Source: an uncultured delta proteobacterium
GTDB lineage: Bacteria; Desulfobacterota; Binatia; UBA9968
DNA: 64,000 nt
NCBI GenBank assembly: GCA_963840855.1
Contig: CAWJBB010000021.1
Location: 1 to 64,000 of the forward strand
Reading direction: 5' to 3'
The notes under the pieces are model-generated. The model saw only the letters and a list, made by a program, of their open reading frames with translations, made no database searches and was not told the origin of the DNA. Made by a program: the position numbers and the translations under genes. Below, one piece after another: positions 42,706 to 51,560 of this stretch. Position 1 is the first letter of the stretch, and every line of letters starts with the position of its first letter.

Positions 42706-43881
42706 TTGGTGGACAAAGAACATTCCCTTTCGCGCGCGGAAACCGGATCCGTCATCGCCGTCAGTCTCATATCCGCGCTGCGCCTGCTCGGCATCTTTCT
42801 CATGTTGCCGATTTTCAGCGTCTATGCGGTTCGATATGCGGGAGCGAGCATGGCGTTGGCGGGCGTCGCCTTCGGCATCTACGCATTGACGCAAAGCTTG
42901 GCGCAGATCCCGCTCGGCTGGGCCAGCGACCGCTGGGGGCGCAAGCCGGTCTTGCTGATTGGACTCGCGCTGTTCGCGCTGGGAAGTATCGCCTGCGGCC
43001 TCGCCGAGACTATTTTTCAGCTCATCCTCGCCCGCGTCATCCAGGGCACGGGCGCCGTGGGCTCGGTCGCATTTGCCGCGCTGGCCGACGTGACCCGGCC
43101 GTCCGTGCGCACTCAGGCCTATACGATCACCGGCATCGCCATCGGATCGGCGTTCATGATCGGCATCTTGGCCGGGCCGCTGCTGGCGGCAAGTGTCGGT
43201 CTGGACGGTCTATTTTACCTGCTTGCGGCCATCGCTTTTCTCGCGATGCTTCTCGCCGCGATTACATTTCCGCGCGCTCCTCGCTCTGAGCACAAGGAAC
43301 CGCCGCTGGCGTTAAAGCCCATCCTTTTCGACGGCGCCTTGCGTCCGATCTTCCTGGCGGCCTTCGTCCTCTCCTTGGCGCTCAATCTATTTTTTTTCAC
43401 CTACCCGTTGAGCTGGCACGAGCTCGGCCTCGACAAGGCGGATCTTTGGAGAGTGTATCTGATTATTTTCTTGCCCAGCGCGCTTCTGGTCTTTCCTTAC
43501 GTGCGCCGGTCGGAGAAGCGCGGCCGCTTCCGCGCCCCGCTGCTCCTCGGCTGGCTGAGCGCGGCGGTGGGATATGCTGTCTACTTGCTCGGCGCGCAAT
43601 ACGATTTTCTTCTCTATCTGGGCGGCGCGACCTTTTTTTTCGGCTACAGCCTTTACCAGCCTCTGCTGCCGGCGTTTTTGACCAGGCGAGTGCCGCCCGC
43701 CGGCCGTGGCAGCGCCAGCGGCATCTATACCTTCGCCGGATACGCCGGCTCCTCCGTGGGCGGCATTTTAGGCGGCGCGTTGATGCAAATCTCGCCGTCG
43801 CTGCCCGAACTTCTCGGTGTTGTCACTTTGCTGCTGTGGTTTTTCCTGGGGCTGCCTTCGCCGCCGGAGAACAGCGCTTAG
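42706..43881 (+). CDS. MFS transporter (YajR-like)
   Basis: LRLLGIFLMLP, GWASDRWGRKP. Confidence 0.88.
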   Translation: MVDKEHSLSRAETGSVIAVSLISALRLLGIFLMLPIFSVYAVRYAGASMALAGVAFGIYALTQSLAQIPLGWASDRWGRKPVLLIGLALFALGSIACGLAETIFQLILARVIQGTGAVGSVAFAALADVTRPSVRTQAYTITGIAIGSAFMIGILAGPLLAASVGLDGLFYLLAAIAFLAMLLAAITFPRAPRSEHKEPPLALKPILFDGALRPIFLAAFVLSLALNLFFFTYPLSWHELGLDKADLWRVYLIIFLPSALLVFPYVRRSEKRGRFRAPLLLGWLSAAVGYAVYLLGAQYDFLLYLGGATFFFGYSLYQPLLPAFLTRRVPPAGRGSASGIYTFAGYAGSSVGGILGGALMQISPSLPELLGVVTLLLWFFLGLPSPPENSA

Positions 43882-43986
43882 CGTGTCCGCCCCCTCCTCG
43901 CGAAAGCGGGGATCATCGCGGGGGTTGCTCGGAATGACGAGCGCGTAACGAACTTCAAAAATATTGCACTCGCTGGATTTTTGTCG

Positions 43987-44982
43987 CTACTGCAGATGGC
44001 TCAAGTCGACCAATTGATTGAGCTCTGCCTGGGTCAACGGTTGTTTTAAGAAATTATTTTTGATTCCGTCCTCGATGATCGTCTGCATGCCGCGTATCGG
44101 TTTCAAGCTCATCGCCGCTCTGTTGTAGTATTCCCAAGTTTTGAGCACGGCCGATTCGGGGAATTTCAATTCGGCGCGGCGTATCCAAATTTTAGCGGTG
44201 TCTTCTTTGTGTTCGAACATGTAGTCGAGGGCGCGCTGTTGCGCTCTGAAAAAGCCGCGGACGGCCTCCGGGCTTCTTGTCGCAAAGTCGTTGTTGGTGA
44301 AATGCACCCGCGCGGTAATATCTTTCATCGCCGCGATCTCATCGCCCCTGACGACGACGCGGAGTTCACCTTTCTCCACCCGGTCCAAATAAAACGGCGC
44401 CACTGACCAACCAGCGTCGGCCTGGCCGGTGCGAACCGCCGTATAAACCTCCGGGATGCCGCCCAACGACACCGGTTCGGCCGGTTTGAGTCCCCTGGCT
44501 TTGAGCTGATCCGCAATCCCGAGCACAGCCATGTGACTTGATGCGCCCGGGCGGCTGTAGGCCACTTTTTTACCCGCGAGATCGTCGAATTTGCGGATGG
44601 AAGTGTTGCTCTGCACATACCAGTAGGCATCCATCCCGGTAATCTCAGCGGCGGCGATTTTGATCGGCGCCTTTTTTACGAATGCGCTAATGACCGCCAA
44701 AGTTCCGGTGCCGAGACCAATCTGCGCGTCGCCGGAGACCACCGCTTGCACGTTTTCGCCCCCGCCGCGGGTAAACACGGCGTCAACGTCGATATTATTC
44801 TCCCGGTAAAAGCCCTTTTCATGGGCGATGTATACCGGCACGGCAACGGTGAACAGCACCCGGTGCGGCACCACGACGACGATTTTAGTGCGCGCCGATG
44901 CCGCCAGCGATGCAGTCGGTGCCCCGAGCCAGAGAAAAAACGCGACCAGGGCGAAAGTTCCATAGCGAAGTTTTTGTTCCAT
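43987..44982 (-). CDS. ABC solute-binding protein, NMT1/SsuA-like
   Basis: Signal peptide; TRGGGENVQAV; GKKVAYSRPGASSH; GGAGG RBS. Confidence 0.9.
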   Translation of the reverse strand: MEQKLRYGTFALVAFFLWLGAPTASLAASARTKIVVVVPHRVLFTVAVPVYIAHEKGFYRENNIDVDAVFTRGGGENVQAVVSGDAQIGLGTGTLAVISAFVKKAPIKIAAAEITGMDAYWYVQSNTSIRKFDDLAGKKVAYSRPGASSHMAVLGIADQLKARGLKPAEPVSLGGIPEVYTAVRTGQADAGWSVAPFYLDRVEKGELRVVVRGDEIAAMKDITARVHFTNNDFATRSPEAVRGFFRAQQRALDYMFEHKEDTAKIWIRRAELKFPESAVLKTWEYYNRAAMSLKPIRGMQTIIEDGIKNNFLKQPLTQAELNQLVDLSHLQ

Positions 44983-44994
44983 GGCTCGACCTCC

Positions 44995-45813
44995 TTAGTC
45001 TCGATGCTCCATTTGTTTGAAGCCTTTGAGCGATTCCTCTCTGAGCGCGCCCCAAACTTGCGCCACCAGCCGGCCGAAGCGGTCGGAAGCAATAATCGTC
45101 GAATCGCGTGGATGAGGCAAGTCGATATCGACCAGCGACTTCACCCGGCCAGGACGCGCGGTCATCACCATCACCCTGTCTGACAGCTGTACCGATTCAT
45201 TGATATTATGCGTCACAAACATGATTGTTTGCTTGAGCTGGTCGCGGATTTTGAGCAGCTCCTCTCCCAGAATGATCCGAGTCTGTTCGTCCAGCGCGCC
45301 AAAGGGTTCGTCCATCAAAAGAATCTTGGGCTGCAATACCAACGCGCGGGCAATGGCCACCCGCTGGCGCATACCGCCGGAAAGCTCGGAAGGATAACGC
45401 GCTTCGAAACCGGAAAGGCCGACCAGACCAATCATGTCCGACGCCTTGCGCCGCCGATCGTCCTGAGGCACGCCGCGCATCTCGAGGCCGAACTCGACGT
45501 TGGCGAGAGTCGTGCGCCAGGGAAAAGTGGATTCCTCCTGAAACACCATGGCGATGGCCGGATGGGGCCCTTTCACCGGCTCGGCTTCCACCGTTAATCC
45601 GCCAGAGCTCGCGGGTATCAACCCGCCGATGATTCTCAGCAACGTCGATTTGCCGCAACCCGACGGGCCGATGATGGAGAAAAACTCGCCGGCGCGAACC
45701 TCCAGTGAAACGTCATCGACCGCCGAGACGGGTTGAAGCCCGTCGTCCGGGTCGCCGAACACTTTGCTGACATTACGGAGGCTAAGCATCGCTACGGTGG
45801 CAATTTGGAGCAA
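44995..45813 (-). CDS. ABC ATPase (SsuB/TauB-like), no adjacent permease
   Basis: GPSGCGKS, LSGGMRQR, LLMDEPF. Start is probably ATG 45789. Confidence 0.93.
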   Translation of the reverse strand: MLQIATVAMLSLRNVSKVFGDPDDGLQPVSAVDDVSLEVRAGEFFSIIGPSGCGKSTLLRIIGGLIPASSGGLTVEAEPVKGPHPAIAMVFQEESTFPWRTTLANVEFGLEMRGVPQDDRRRKASDMIGLVGLSGFEARYPSELSGGMRQRVAIARALVLQPKILLMDEPFGALDEQTRIILGEELLKIRDQLKQTIMFVTHNINESVQLSDRVMVMTARPGRVKSLVDIDLPHPRDSTIIASDRFGRLVAQVWGALREESLKGFKQMEHRD

Positions 45814-45909
45814 GAGGAAAAATAGTACAGGCCATCCGTAAACGCAAAGGATTTTCCTGACGGCCGTGAGCCGTATCGCAGGCCCGTTTCGAGCTCTCGC
45901 CTTGACCCG

Positions 45910-46135
45910 CTAAGGCACCGCGCTGCCCCAGAGTTCCTGCGAAACCACATTGTCGAGAGCGGTATACAAGTGCATGAACCCGCCGGTAACCGCGCATGTG
46001 CCGATGCGGGTCTTGACTGCCACCTCTCCTGGTTTCGCGAGATATGGATTGGCGTGGGCCCGACTTCCGTCCAAGCCGAGCATCAACGTGACCTGAGCGA
46101 AAAGCGCAAACATCCGCCCACCGCAGGAACAAAAT
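45910..46135 (-). pseudogene. Truncated N-terminal fragment of a solute-binding protein
   Basis: Signal-like stretch, then ANPYLAKPGE...TCAVTGGFMHLYTALDN, then an abrupt stop. Confidence 0.5.
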
Positions 46136-46151
46136 GCATGGCCTGGCCCCT

Positions 46152-46610
46152 TTAGACTGCGCCCAGTCTTTTTCTCAAACCCTCCGCTCCCCATCCCATC
46201 ACCACGTCATGATTCCACTTGAAGAGCGGACGCGCCAGCGGCGACAGTATATTCATCCAAAGCTTCGTCGTCTCGACCTCCCAGTCATAACGTGCAACTG
46301 TGCCCGTCCGATCGACGGAAAACTGCCAGAGCCCTTTCCCTTCCAGTTCTCCAGTAGCGACCGCTTCGATTATTGACAAGGGTTCAACGCGTACTGTCCG
46401 CATGTCAAATGTGAGCTTATACGGGAGCAGGCTTTTCCAAGTATAGCGACGAACGCTGTCGATACCATCTTTATCTCCCTGCTTCAGCTCGACAACGCTC
46501 TCTACGCCTTTCCACCAGTTTGGCCAAAACTCAGAATGGTAGATTTCATTCCAAACAGATTCGATGGGCGCCGTAACATCCCAGATGGTTACAAACCTAT
46601 ATTTCGCCAT
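46152..46610 (-). CDS. SRPBCC/polyketide cyclase family protein (probable distal cassette)
   Basis: YRFVTIW..APIESVW, WPNWW, LEGKGLW, WNHDVVM. Confidence 0.85.
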   Translation of the reverse strand: MAKYRFVTIWDVTAPIESVWNEIYHSEFWPNWWKGVESVVELKQGDKDGIDSVRRYTWKSLLPYKLTFDMRTVRVEPLSIIEAVATGELEGKGLWQFSVDRTGTVARYDWEVETTKLWMNILSPLARPLFKWNHDVVMGWGAEGLRKRLGAV

Positions 46611-46622
46611 GATGCATGATGA

Positions 46623-46768
46623 ACTAGTGAACTGTAACAGCTACATAGCGTTTGCCGTTCATGGTTCGAGAACCTCACCACGAACGGCTCGCGCCTTGAC
46701 CGTTCACCCTGAGCTTGTCGAAGGGTTCTGCGAACTTAGACGCGAACCAACCGTTACAGTTCACTAGT
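46623..46768. mobile_element. MITE-like element with 16 bp terminal inverted repeats enclosing a REP-like pair
   Basis: ACTAGTGAACTGTAAC (46623-46638) / GTTACAGTTCACTAGT (46753-46768); inside are CCGTTCATGGTTCGAGAACCTCACCACGAACGG and CCCTGAGCTTGTCGAAGGG. Confidence 0.75.
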
Positions 46769-46846
46769 GGCGCTGCGGGCTGACGCCATCCTTTTCGCCA
46801 TGGGCAATTAACCCTTCGATGAAAGTGGTGCTTGCAACAACGGCAT

Positions 46847-47458
46847 CTAACGCCCGATCGTTCGCAAAGCGGCCTTCACGTCACCCGCAGTTTTGTACTT
46901 TGCAATTTTTTTTGTCCCGTCTTGCCACTCGCACTCACATCCCCCTTCGAGCTTCTTGCTAATGCTCTCTTCAAATTTTAACTTGGTAGCCTTTTTATCT
47001 GGGCTTGGTGCCGCATAGACGAAAGTGGCGTAGAGCTTGCCGCGAAAGTCGTAGTGGACCTGAGGCCAGGAACAAATAATAATCAGTTTCGTCTGCTTGC
47101 CTCTACCGACATTGGCAAAGAACACGGATTCAATTTCTGGGTCACCACCCTCTGGCTTGAAAGTATCGATCAAGACCTTTCGGTATGTTTTGCCGGCTTC
47201 GGGTAGGTATATGTAACTCACAATTCGACGATATGTTTGGCCCGACTCCTCGAACTCTTGTTCGTAAAACGCAATGATAGCATTCGACTTTGCGCCCCAT
47301 GCGCTCGTCTCAACGACTTGGTGTACGAGTGTCGTTTGCGGCGGCCCGGATCTCTTCGCGAAGTTCTCAGCCGTCTCATTGGCCAGCCGCGTTACGGACG
47401 AGGCGTCGGCCGACAGCGGAGCGAAAAGTAAAAAAAGTATTACGAGTAGCGGCTTCAT
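46847..47458 (-). CDS. Secreted hypothetical protein (cassette)
   Basis: Signal peptide MKPLLVILFLLFAPLSADA; starts 8 nt after an attC. Confidence 0.75.
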   Translation of the reverse strand: MKPLLVILFLLFAPLSADASSVTRLANETAENFAKRSGPPQTTLVHQVVETSAWGAKSNAIIAFYEQEFEESGQTYRRIVSYIYLPEAGKTYRKVLIDTFKPEGGDPEIESVFFANVGRGKQTKLIIICSWPQVHYDFRGKLYATFVYAAPSPDKKATKLKFEESISKKLEGGCECEWQDGTKKIAKYKTAGDVKAALRTIGR

Positions 47459-47465
47459 AAGGTAA

Positions 47466-47528
47466 TCCTAACGACTTGGCATGAGGGACGCGACGTTAGG
47501 AGCGTCTCACTGTATGTCCTCGTTAGGC
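47466..47528 (-). repeat. attC site (63 bp)
   Basis: GCCTAAC...GTTAGGA with an internal imperfect palindrome. Confidence 0.85.
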
Positions 47529-47567
47529 GCCTAAAATGATGGGGGCGGGCCGCCCTCCCTGGCTGTT

Positions 47568-48185
47568 TTAGGACTTCCAAATACCTAGCGCCCGGAGCGT
47601 CGCGTCGCGCCGTTCTGACAGGCCGAGTTTTGCAGGACCATTGATTTTTGCAGTCACGCCTTCGACATCGCCGACATCAGCCAATGGAGAACATTGACGC
47701 GCATCCCAAAACGCAAACGCTACGCTGGCGGCGGTCTTGGGTTCACGCGCGAGTTCAGGATTACCTTCTAGATCCAGATTGACGATGCCTCCGATTTCTC
47801 GATAGTTTGACCGGCCTGTGAGCTGCTTATACCCAGAGCCTCGGTACCGCCATCCATCTCCGCTCGCTTCGTCGCCGTTGCCGATACGATTGGCATAGAC
47901 GCGGTTGGCGATCGCCTCTGGCCCACGCCGAATCAAGGCACGGGCATCCTCGCTTCCACGCACCGCCGAAAAAATTCCATCGAGCCGTGCCGGATCTTTG
48001 TAATTCAAATTTTCCACCATGATCGCAAAGCCGCCCGTTTCAACGAAGATTTGACCCAGGAAATGACAAAGTCGACGCGCTGTCGTCACCGAACTAGTCT
48101 GTCGTGCATTCTCTAATGCGCTTGCATGAATTTCTGGGTCTTTGATTCTGGGAGCAAATTTGCGAAGCGTTTCGGCCGTAATCAT
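47568..48185 (-). CDS. Glycoside hydrolase family 19 (chitinase/endolysin-like), cassette
   Basis: HFLGQIFVETGG, ENLNY, DGWRYRGSGYKQLTGRSNY, INGPAKLGL; AGGAG RBS. Confidence 0.9.
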   Translation of the reverse strand: MITAETLRKFAPRIKDPEIHASALENARQTSSVTTARRLCHFLGQIFVETGGFAIMVENLNYKDPARLDGIFSAVRGSEDARALIRRGPEAIANRVYANRIGNGDEASGDGWRYRGSGYKQLTGRSNYREIGGIVNLDLEGNPELAREPKTAASVAFAFWDARQCSPLADVGDVEGVTAKINGPAKLGLSERRDATLRALGIWKS

Positions 48186-48242
48186 TGGAATACTCCTAAG
48201 GATATAGATAGTGCATCGCGACTTCAACGAATTTCTGAGCAA

Positions 48243-48271
48243 AAGGTAGATTCGCGCCGAGTGTTTGTCAA
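48243..48271 (-). promoter_or_regulatory. Cassette-internal sigma70 promoter for GH19
   Basis: TTGACA-N17-TACCTT. Confidence 0.65.
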
Positions 48272-48309
48272 GGGTTAGATGGATCTCTCCAACCGGGGTG
48301 ATGCCGGGC

Positions 48310-48375
48310 GCCTAATGAAGTCCCCTCAATCCTATTGTGACGCTTCTTGGCGGTCCGGTTAGTGACGCATTAGGC
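48310..48375 (-). repeat. Variant attC-like site (GCCTAAT...ATTAGGC)
   Basis: Complementary ends with AAT/ATT instead of AAC/GTT, in the expected position between two cassette genes. Confidence 0.55.
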
Positions 48376-48465
48376 GGCAGGCGAGTTACGGCAGCGCGGT
48401 GCATCTCCATGCGAGACAGCAAACAACGCACTAAATCGGTGTGATAACCAAGCATACGAACTCTT

Positions 48466-48732
48466 TTACGAAAACTTCCACCATACAAACAGCGCGCCGG
48501 CGGCAGGAAGGGCGAAAATCAATAGAAAAATTGGGAGTTCCTCGGCGACCGAATACCCGGCGCTCGTAACGCCAATCCACATATTAAGCAGAGCGGCTAC
48601 CATCCAGAGCGGGATGAAGACTTTGGCAGCAGTGACCATAGGCTGCGTGCCGGCTCCGCCAATCAACCGCCCTGCCAAGACAGACAGACCGAGCAGCACG
48701 AAGCCTCCCAGGATGATCGTCATCGTGCGCAT
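48466..48732 (-). CDS. Small membrane protein (cassette)
   Basis: Three hydrophobic segments, NMWIGV..AGYSVAEELPIF; preceded by an attC right arm ending GTTGGGC at 48773-48779. Confidence 0.75.
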   Translation of the reverse strand: MRTMTIILGGFVLLGLSVLAGRLIGGAGTQPMVTAAKVFIPLWMVAALLNMWIGVTSAGYSVAEELPIFLLIFALPAAGALFVWWKFS

Positions 48733-48822
48733 CGTTTCTTCCTTGAGCCAACCTGATGTGCTTGCGCGTAACGCCCAACGTATTGCGTTTTATCCCCCAA
48801 AGCGTACTGAGAGCGCGCGCGC

Positions 48823-49660
48823 TCACGACGGCTTGATGCCTGCGGCCACCGTACCTCGGCTGGACGCAATCAATCCTCGGAGAGATCCCGAAGGATCGAC
48901 GGTGCGCCGCGGTCACTCAGCCCAGCGGCTACCCGCACGGCCTCGGGGCTGCACTGACCACCGCCCGATAGGCGCCGAACGCCTCCTGCATCATCGCCAA
49001 TGCCTGTGCGGCCGATGGCAGCCGTAACGGGAAGACCAAAGTGCGTTGCTCGACTCCCACAAAACCATTGTCTGTCAACAAGCGCTCGAGCACACCGGGA
49101 GCGCCGAGCGCAAAAATCCCTGGTTGTCCGGGCGGCGGTGGCGACTTGCCGGCGTGGCGCAGCAGAATCTCCATCGGCGCGGCCATAAACGGATTGGCCG
49201 GCGGCGTGGTGAAGACTACGACAGCGATCTTCCCGCCGGGACGCAGAGCGTGCCGCACCGCCGCAAGGGCTTGTGCCGGTGCAACAAAGAGCATCAGGCC
49301 TAAACGACAGATGACTGCATCGAAGCTCTGCGCGGCCACATCGAGGTCTTCTGCGGCGCCCGCTAGCGTCGTGACATTAGCAAGACCAGCGACGCGTGCG
49401 TTTTCCCGCACGTGGTGCAGCATCGATTCGGCAATATCATTCGCGACCACGTGCCCCCGTGGGCCAACCCGGTGGGCCGCACGCAAAGTCTGGCTACCCG
49501 CGCCGCAGGCGAGGTCGAGCACGCGCGCGCCGGCGTCGACCCCAGCCATGGTCAGCATGGTCTCGGTGGCGGGCTCCATCCAGTTGGCGACAGCCGTTTC
49601 CCATCGCGCCCAACCAGGCGCGGCGCCTTCCCACTGTTGCCGGATATCTGCCTGCTGCAT
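48823..49660 (-). CDS. Class I SAM-dependent methyltransferase (cassette, 3' frameshifts)
   Basis: VLDLACGAG, FDAVICRLGLM. The ORF stops at 48929, but shifted frames continue to AAGIKPS-TGA at 48823. Confidence 0.85.
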
Positions 49661-49706
49661 GTCTTCTCCCTTACGGTCCCCGCTCTAGCGGCGATGTTTG
49701 TTCAAT

Positions 49707-49786
49707 GCCAAACGTTTTTAATCAGTCGCACGACGGCTTTGCGAGCGCCGGCCTATTCCGCGTCGATCTGAAGCAGATGGTTAGGT
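49707..49786 (-). repeat. Degenerate attC site (80 bp)
   Basis: ACCTAAC-CATCTGCTTCAGATCGACGCG...CGTGCGACTGATTAAAAAC-GTTTGGC; an extra right-arm remnant lies at 49668-49693. Confidence 0.6.
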
Positions 49787-49823
49787 CTAGAAATTAAGAA
49801 TGTTCCCCTTCTTTCCCTCTCCA

Positions 49824-50831
49824 TTACCTCTGCCCCCCGTAGAGCCGGTCGATGAAGCTGCTCTTGTCCAGCTCGGCAAGCGGTCCGGAATCGATGAACT
49901 CGGCGGGCTTTCGCTGGGCCACGCGCGGGTCTCGCTCGGCGAGATCGTTAAGAACGGCTTGGACCGCGCTATCCACTGCGTAGGGCTTCGCCGGCATTTC
50001 CCTTCCATAATGGCTCCACGCTTCTCCCATGGCGTCGCTGTCCTTGCTGCGCATGAATTTCGAAAGAAGGGAGATCGTCTCCTCTTTCCGCGTCTTGAAG
50101 AAGTGGACGCCGCGGACGATGGCGCGCACGACGCGATGAGTGAGGTTGGGATGCTGCTTGATAAACGAGCGCCGCGTCGCCAGCGTGGCGCCCTGGTATT
50201 CGACTTTCAAATCGTAGAGATCAACGAGAAAATGCATCCCCATCTTTCGCGCGGGAATCGTTGTGGGCGGCGAGATCATGGTGGCCGCGACCTTGCCGGT
50301 TTCGAGCGCCGGCCACATCACCTCGTTCGATCCGAGGTAGATGAGCGTCACGTCCTTGTCGGGATCGAGGCCCAGATGGCGGAGCGAGGTGCGCGCGTTT
50401 TTCTCATAGGCGTCGCCCGGCCTTTGGAGGCCGACGATCTTTCCTTTTAGCTCCCTGGCCGTTCGAATCTCGGGGCGAGAGGCTAGAATCATCGACGCAT
50501 AGCGTGAAAACCCGCCGAGCATTACGACGTCTCCCTGCTTCATCGATGCCGGGATCAGGAGGAAGGCAGACATGATGGAGAAATCGACGTCAGTGGAGAT
50601 GAGCGCGATGGGGGCGACGGAGCCGGAAGTCTGCACGATCTCGACCTCGAGGCCTTCCTCGCGGAAGAAACCCGCCGCGTTAGTCACATACGGGATGGAA
50701 TGGGCCACCGCGCGCGCCGCATGGCCGATTCGAATTTTCTCTTTCTCGGGTTTGCTCTGAGCCAAAGCGGCCGCTTCGACAGAGACGAGACAGAGAAGCA
50801 ACACAGAGGTAAGGAATGATCTTTTTTTCAT
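49824..50831 (-). CDS. ABC solute-binding protein, NMT1/SsuA-like, inside the cassette array
   Basis: Signal peptide; GFFREEGLEVE; ELKGKIVG; LGLDPDKDV. Confidence 0.9.
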   Translation of the reverse strand: MKKRSFLTSVLLLCLVSVEAAALAQSKPEKEKIRIGHAARAVAHSIPYVTNAAGFFREEGLEVEIVQTSGSVAPIALISTDVDFSIMSAFLLIPASMKQGDVVMLGGFSRYASMILASRPEIRTARELKGKIVGLQRPGDAYEKNARTSLRHLGLDPDKDVTLIYLGSNEVMWPALETGKVAATMISPPTTIPARKMGMHFLVDLYDLKVEYQGATLATRRSFIKQHPNLTHRVVRAIVRGVHFFKTRKEETISLLSKFMRSKDSDAMGEAWSHYGREMPAKPYAVDSAVQAVLNDLAERDPRVAQRKPAEFIDSGPLAELDKSSFIDRLYGGQR

Positions 50832-50935
50832 CGCAGCTTTCCCCTCTTGAACCCTTGATCCTTAAAATCCTTGACACTGCGGAGAGTACTTCGAGCATAC
50901 GTAGAGAACCTCAAGTGTGCGGGAGCGCTGTGGCG

Positions 50936-51032
50936 CCGAAACGGTTGGCGCTTGAGCGGCAACCGCGCTCAGCATATGGTCGCATCCATCGGGTAGCCGG
51001 GCGCGGTTGACCGCTCCAAGCGAGTGTTAGGA
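50936..51032 (-). repeat. attC site (97 bp, degenerate R')
   Basis: TCCTAAC-ACTCGCTTGGAGCGGTCAACCGCGC...GCGCGGTTGCCGCTCAAGCGCCAACC-GTTTCGG. Confidence 0.8.
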
Positions 51033-51076
51033 TGCTGTCGCCTCGGCGGCCCAGCCTTCCCACGCAACTGCCTAGC

Positions 51077-51466
51077 CTAACTTCGTTGGGCTCGCATGCT
51101 GGCGCGCCTTGCCACGACGAAGGCGACAGTCATAAGCAGATGAATCACAAGGAACAGTTTCGCTACCTGGCGTGCGCCACCACTGAACACCCCCCATACG
51201 TCCATGGAAGTTGCGCAACCAAACCCAACGATATTGGCAAGGACAATGGCGTTACGCGCCGCAGAAGGCTCCGCATTCCGAGCCATCCAGTTCAAAACTG
51301 CAATCCCAAGAAAGGGACCGCGGAAAACCCGGAGATAGGCGATCAGTGCGGGGGAGGCATCCGCTGGAACGGCATCGATACCTATCTCCCGTGGGGCAAA
51401 CATGAACCCGACGCCAAGAACGGCCAGGTAAATCGCTGAGATTGTTAGCACTACCTTGAGCTTCAT
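51077..51466 (-). CDS. Four-TM membrane protein (cassette)
   Basis: MKLKVVLTISAIYL after AGGAG RBS; four hydrophobic segments. Confidence 0.75.
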   Translation of the reverse strand: MKLKVVLTISAIYLAVLGVGFMFAPREIGIDAVPADASPALIAYLRVFRGPFLGIAVLNWMARNAEPSAARNAIVLANIVGFGCATSMDVWGVFSGGARQVAKLFLVIHLLMTVAFVVARRASMRAQRS

Positions 51467-51492
51467 GCGATAGGCTCCTGTGTGAAGATATT

Positions 51493-51560
51493 TGAGCCGC
51501 GCGCCGGGGCGACAGGTTAGCACGGACGGTCGGCGCGACAGCTCCAGCGCGAGGTTAAGC
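51493..51560 (-). repeat. Truncated attC (R' box missing)
   Basis: GCTTAAC overlapping the stop codon, CTGGAGCTGTCGCGCCG...CGGCGCGCGGCTCA, then no GTTRRRY. Confidence 0.7.
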
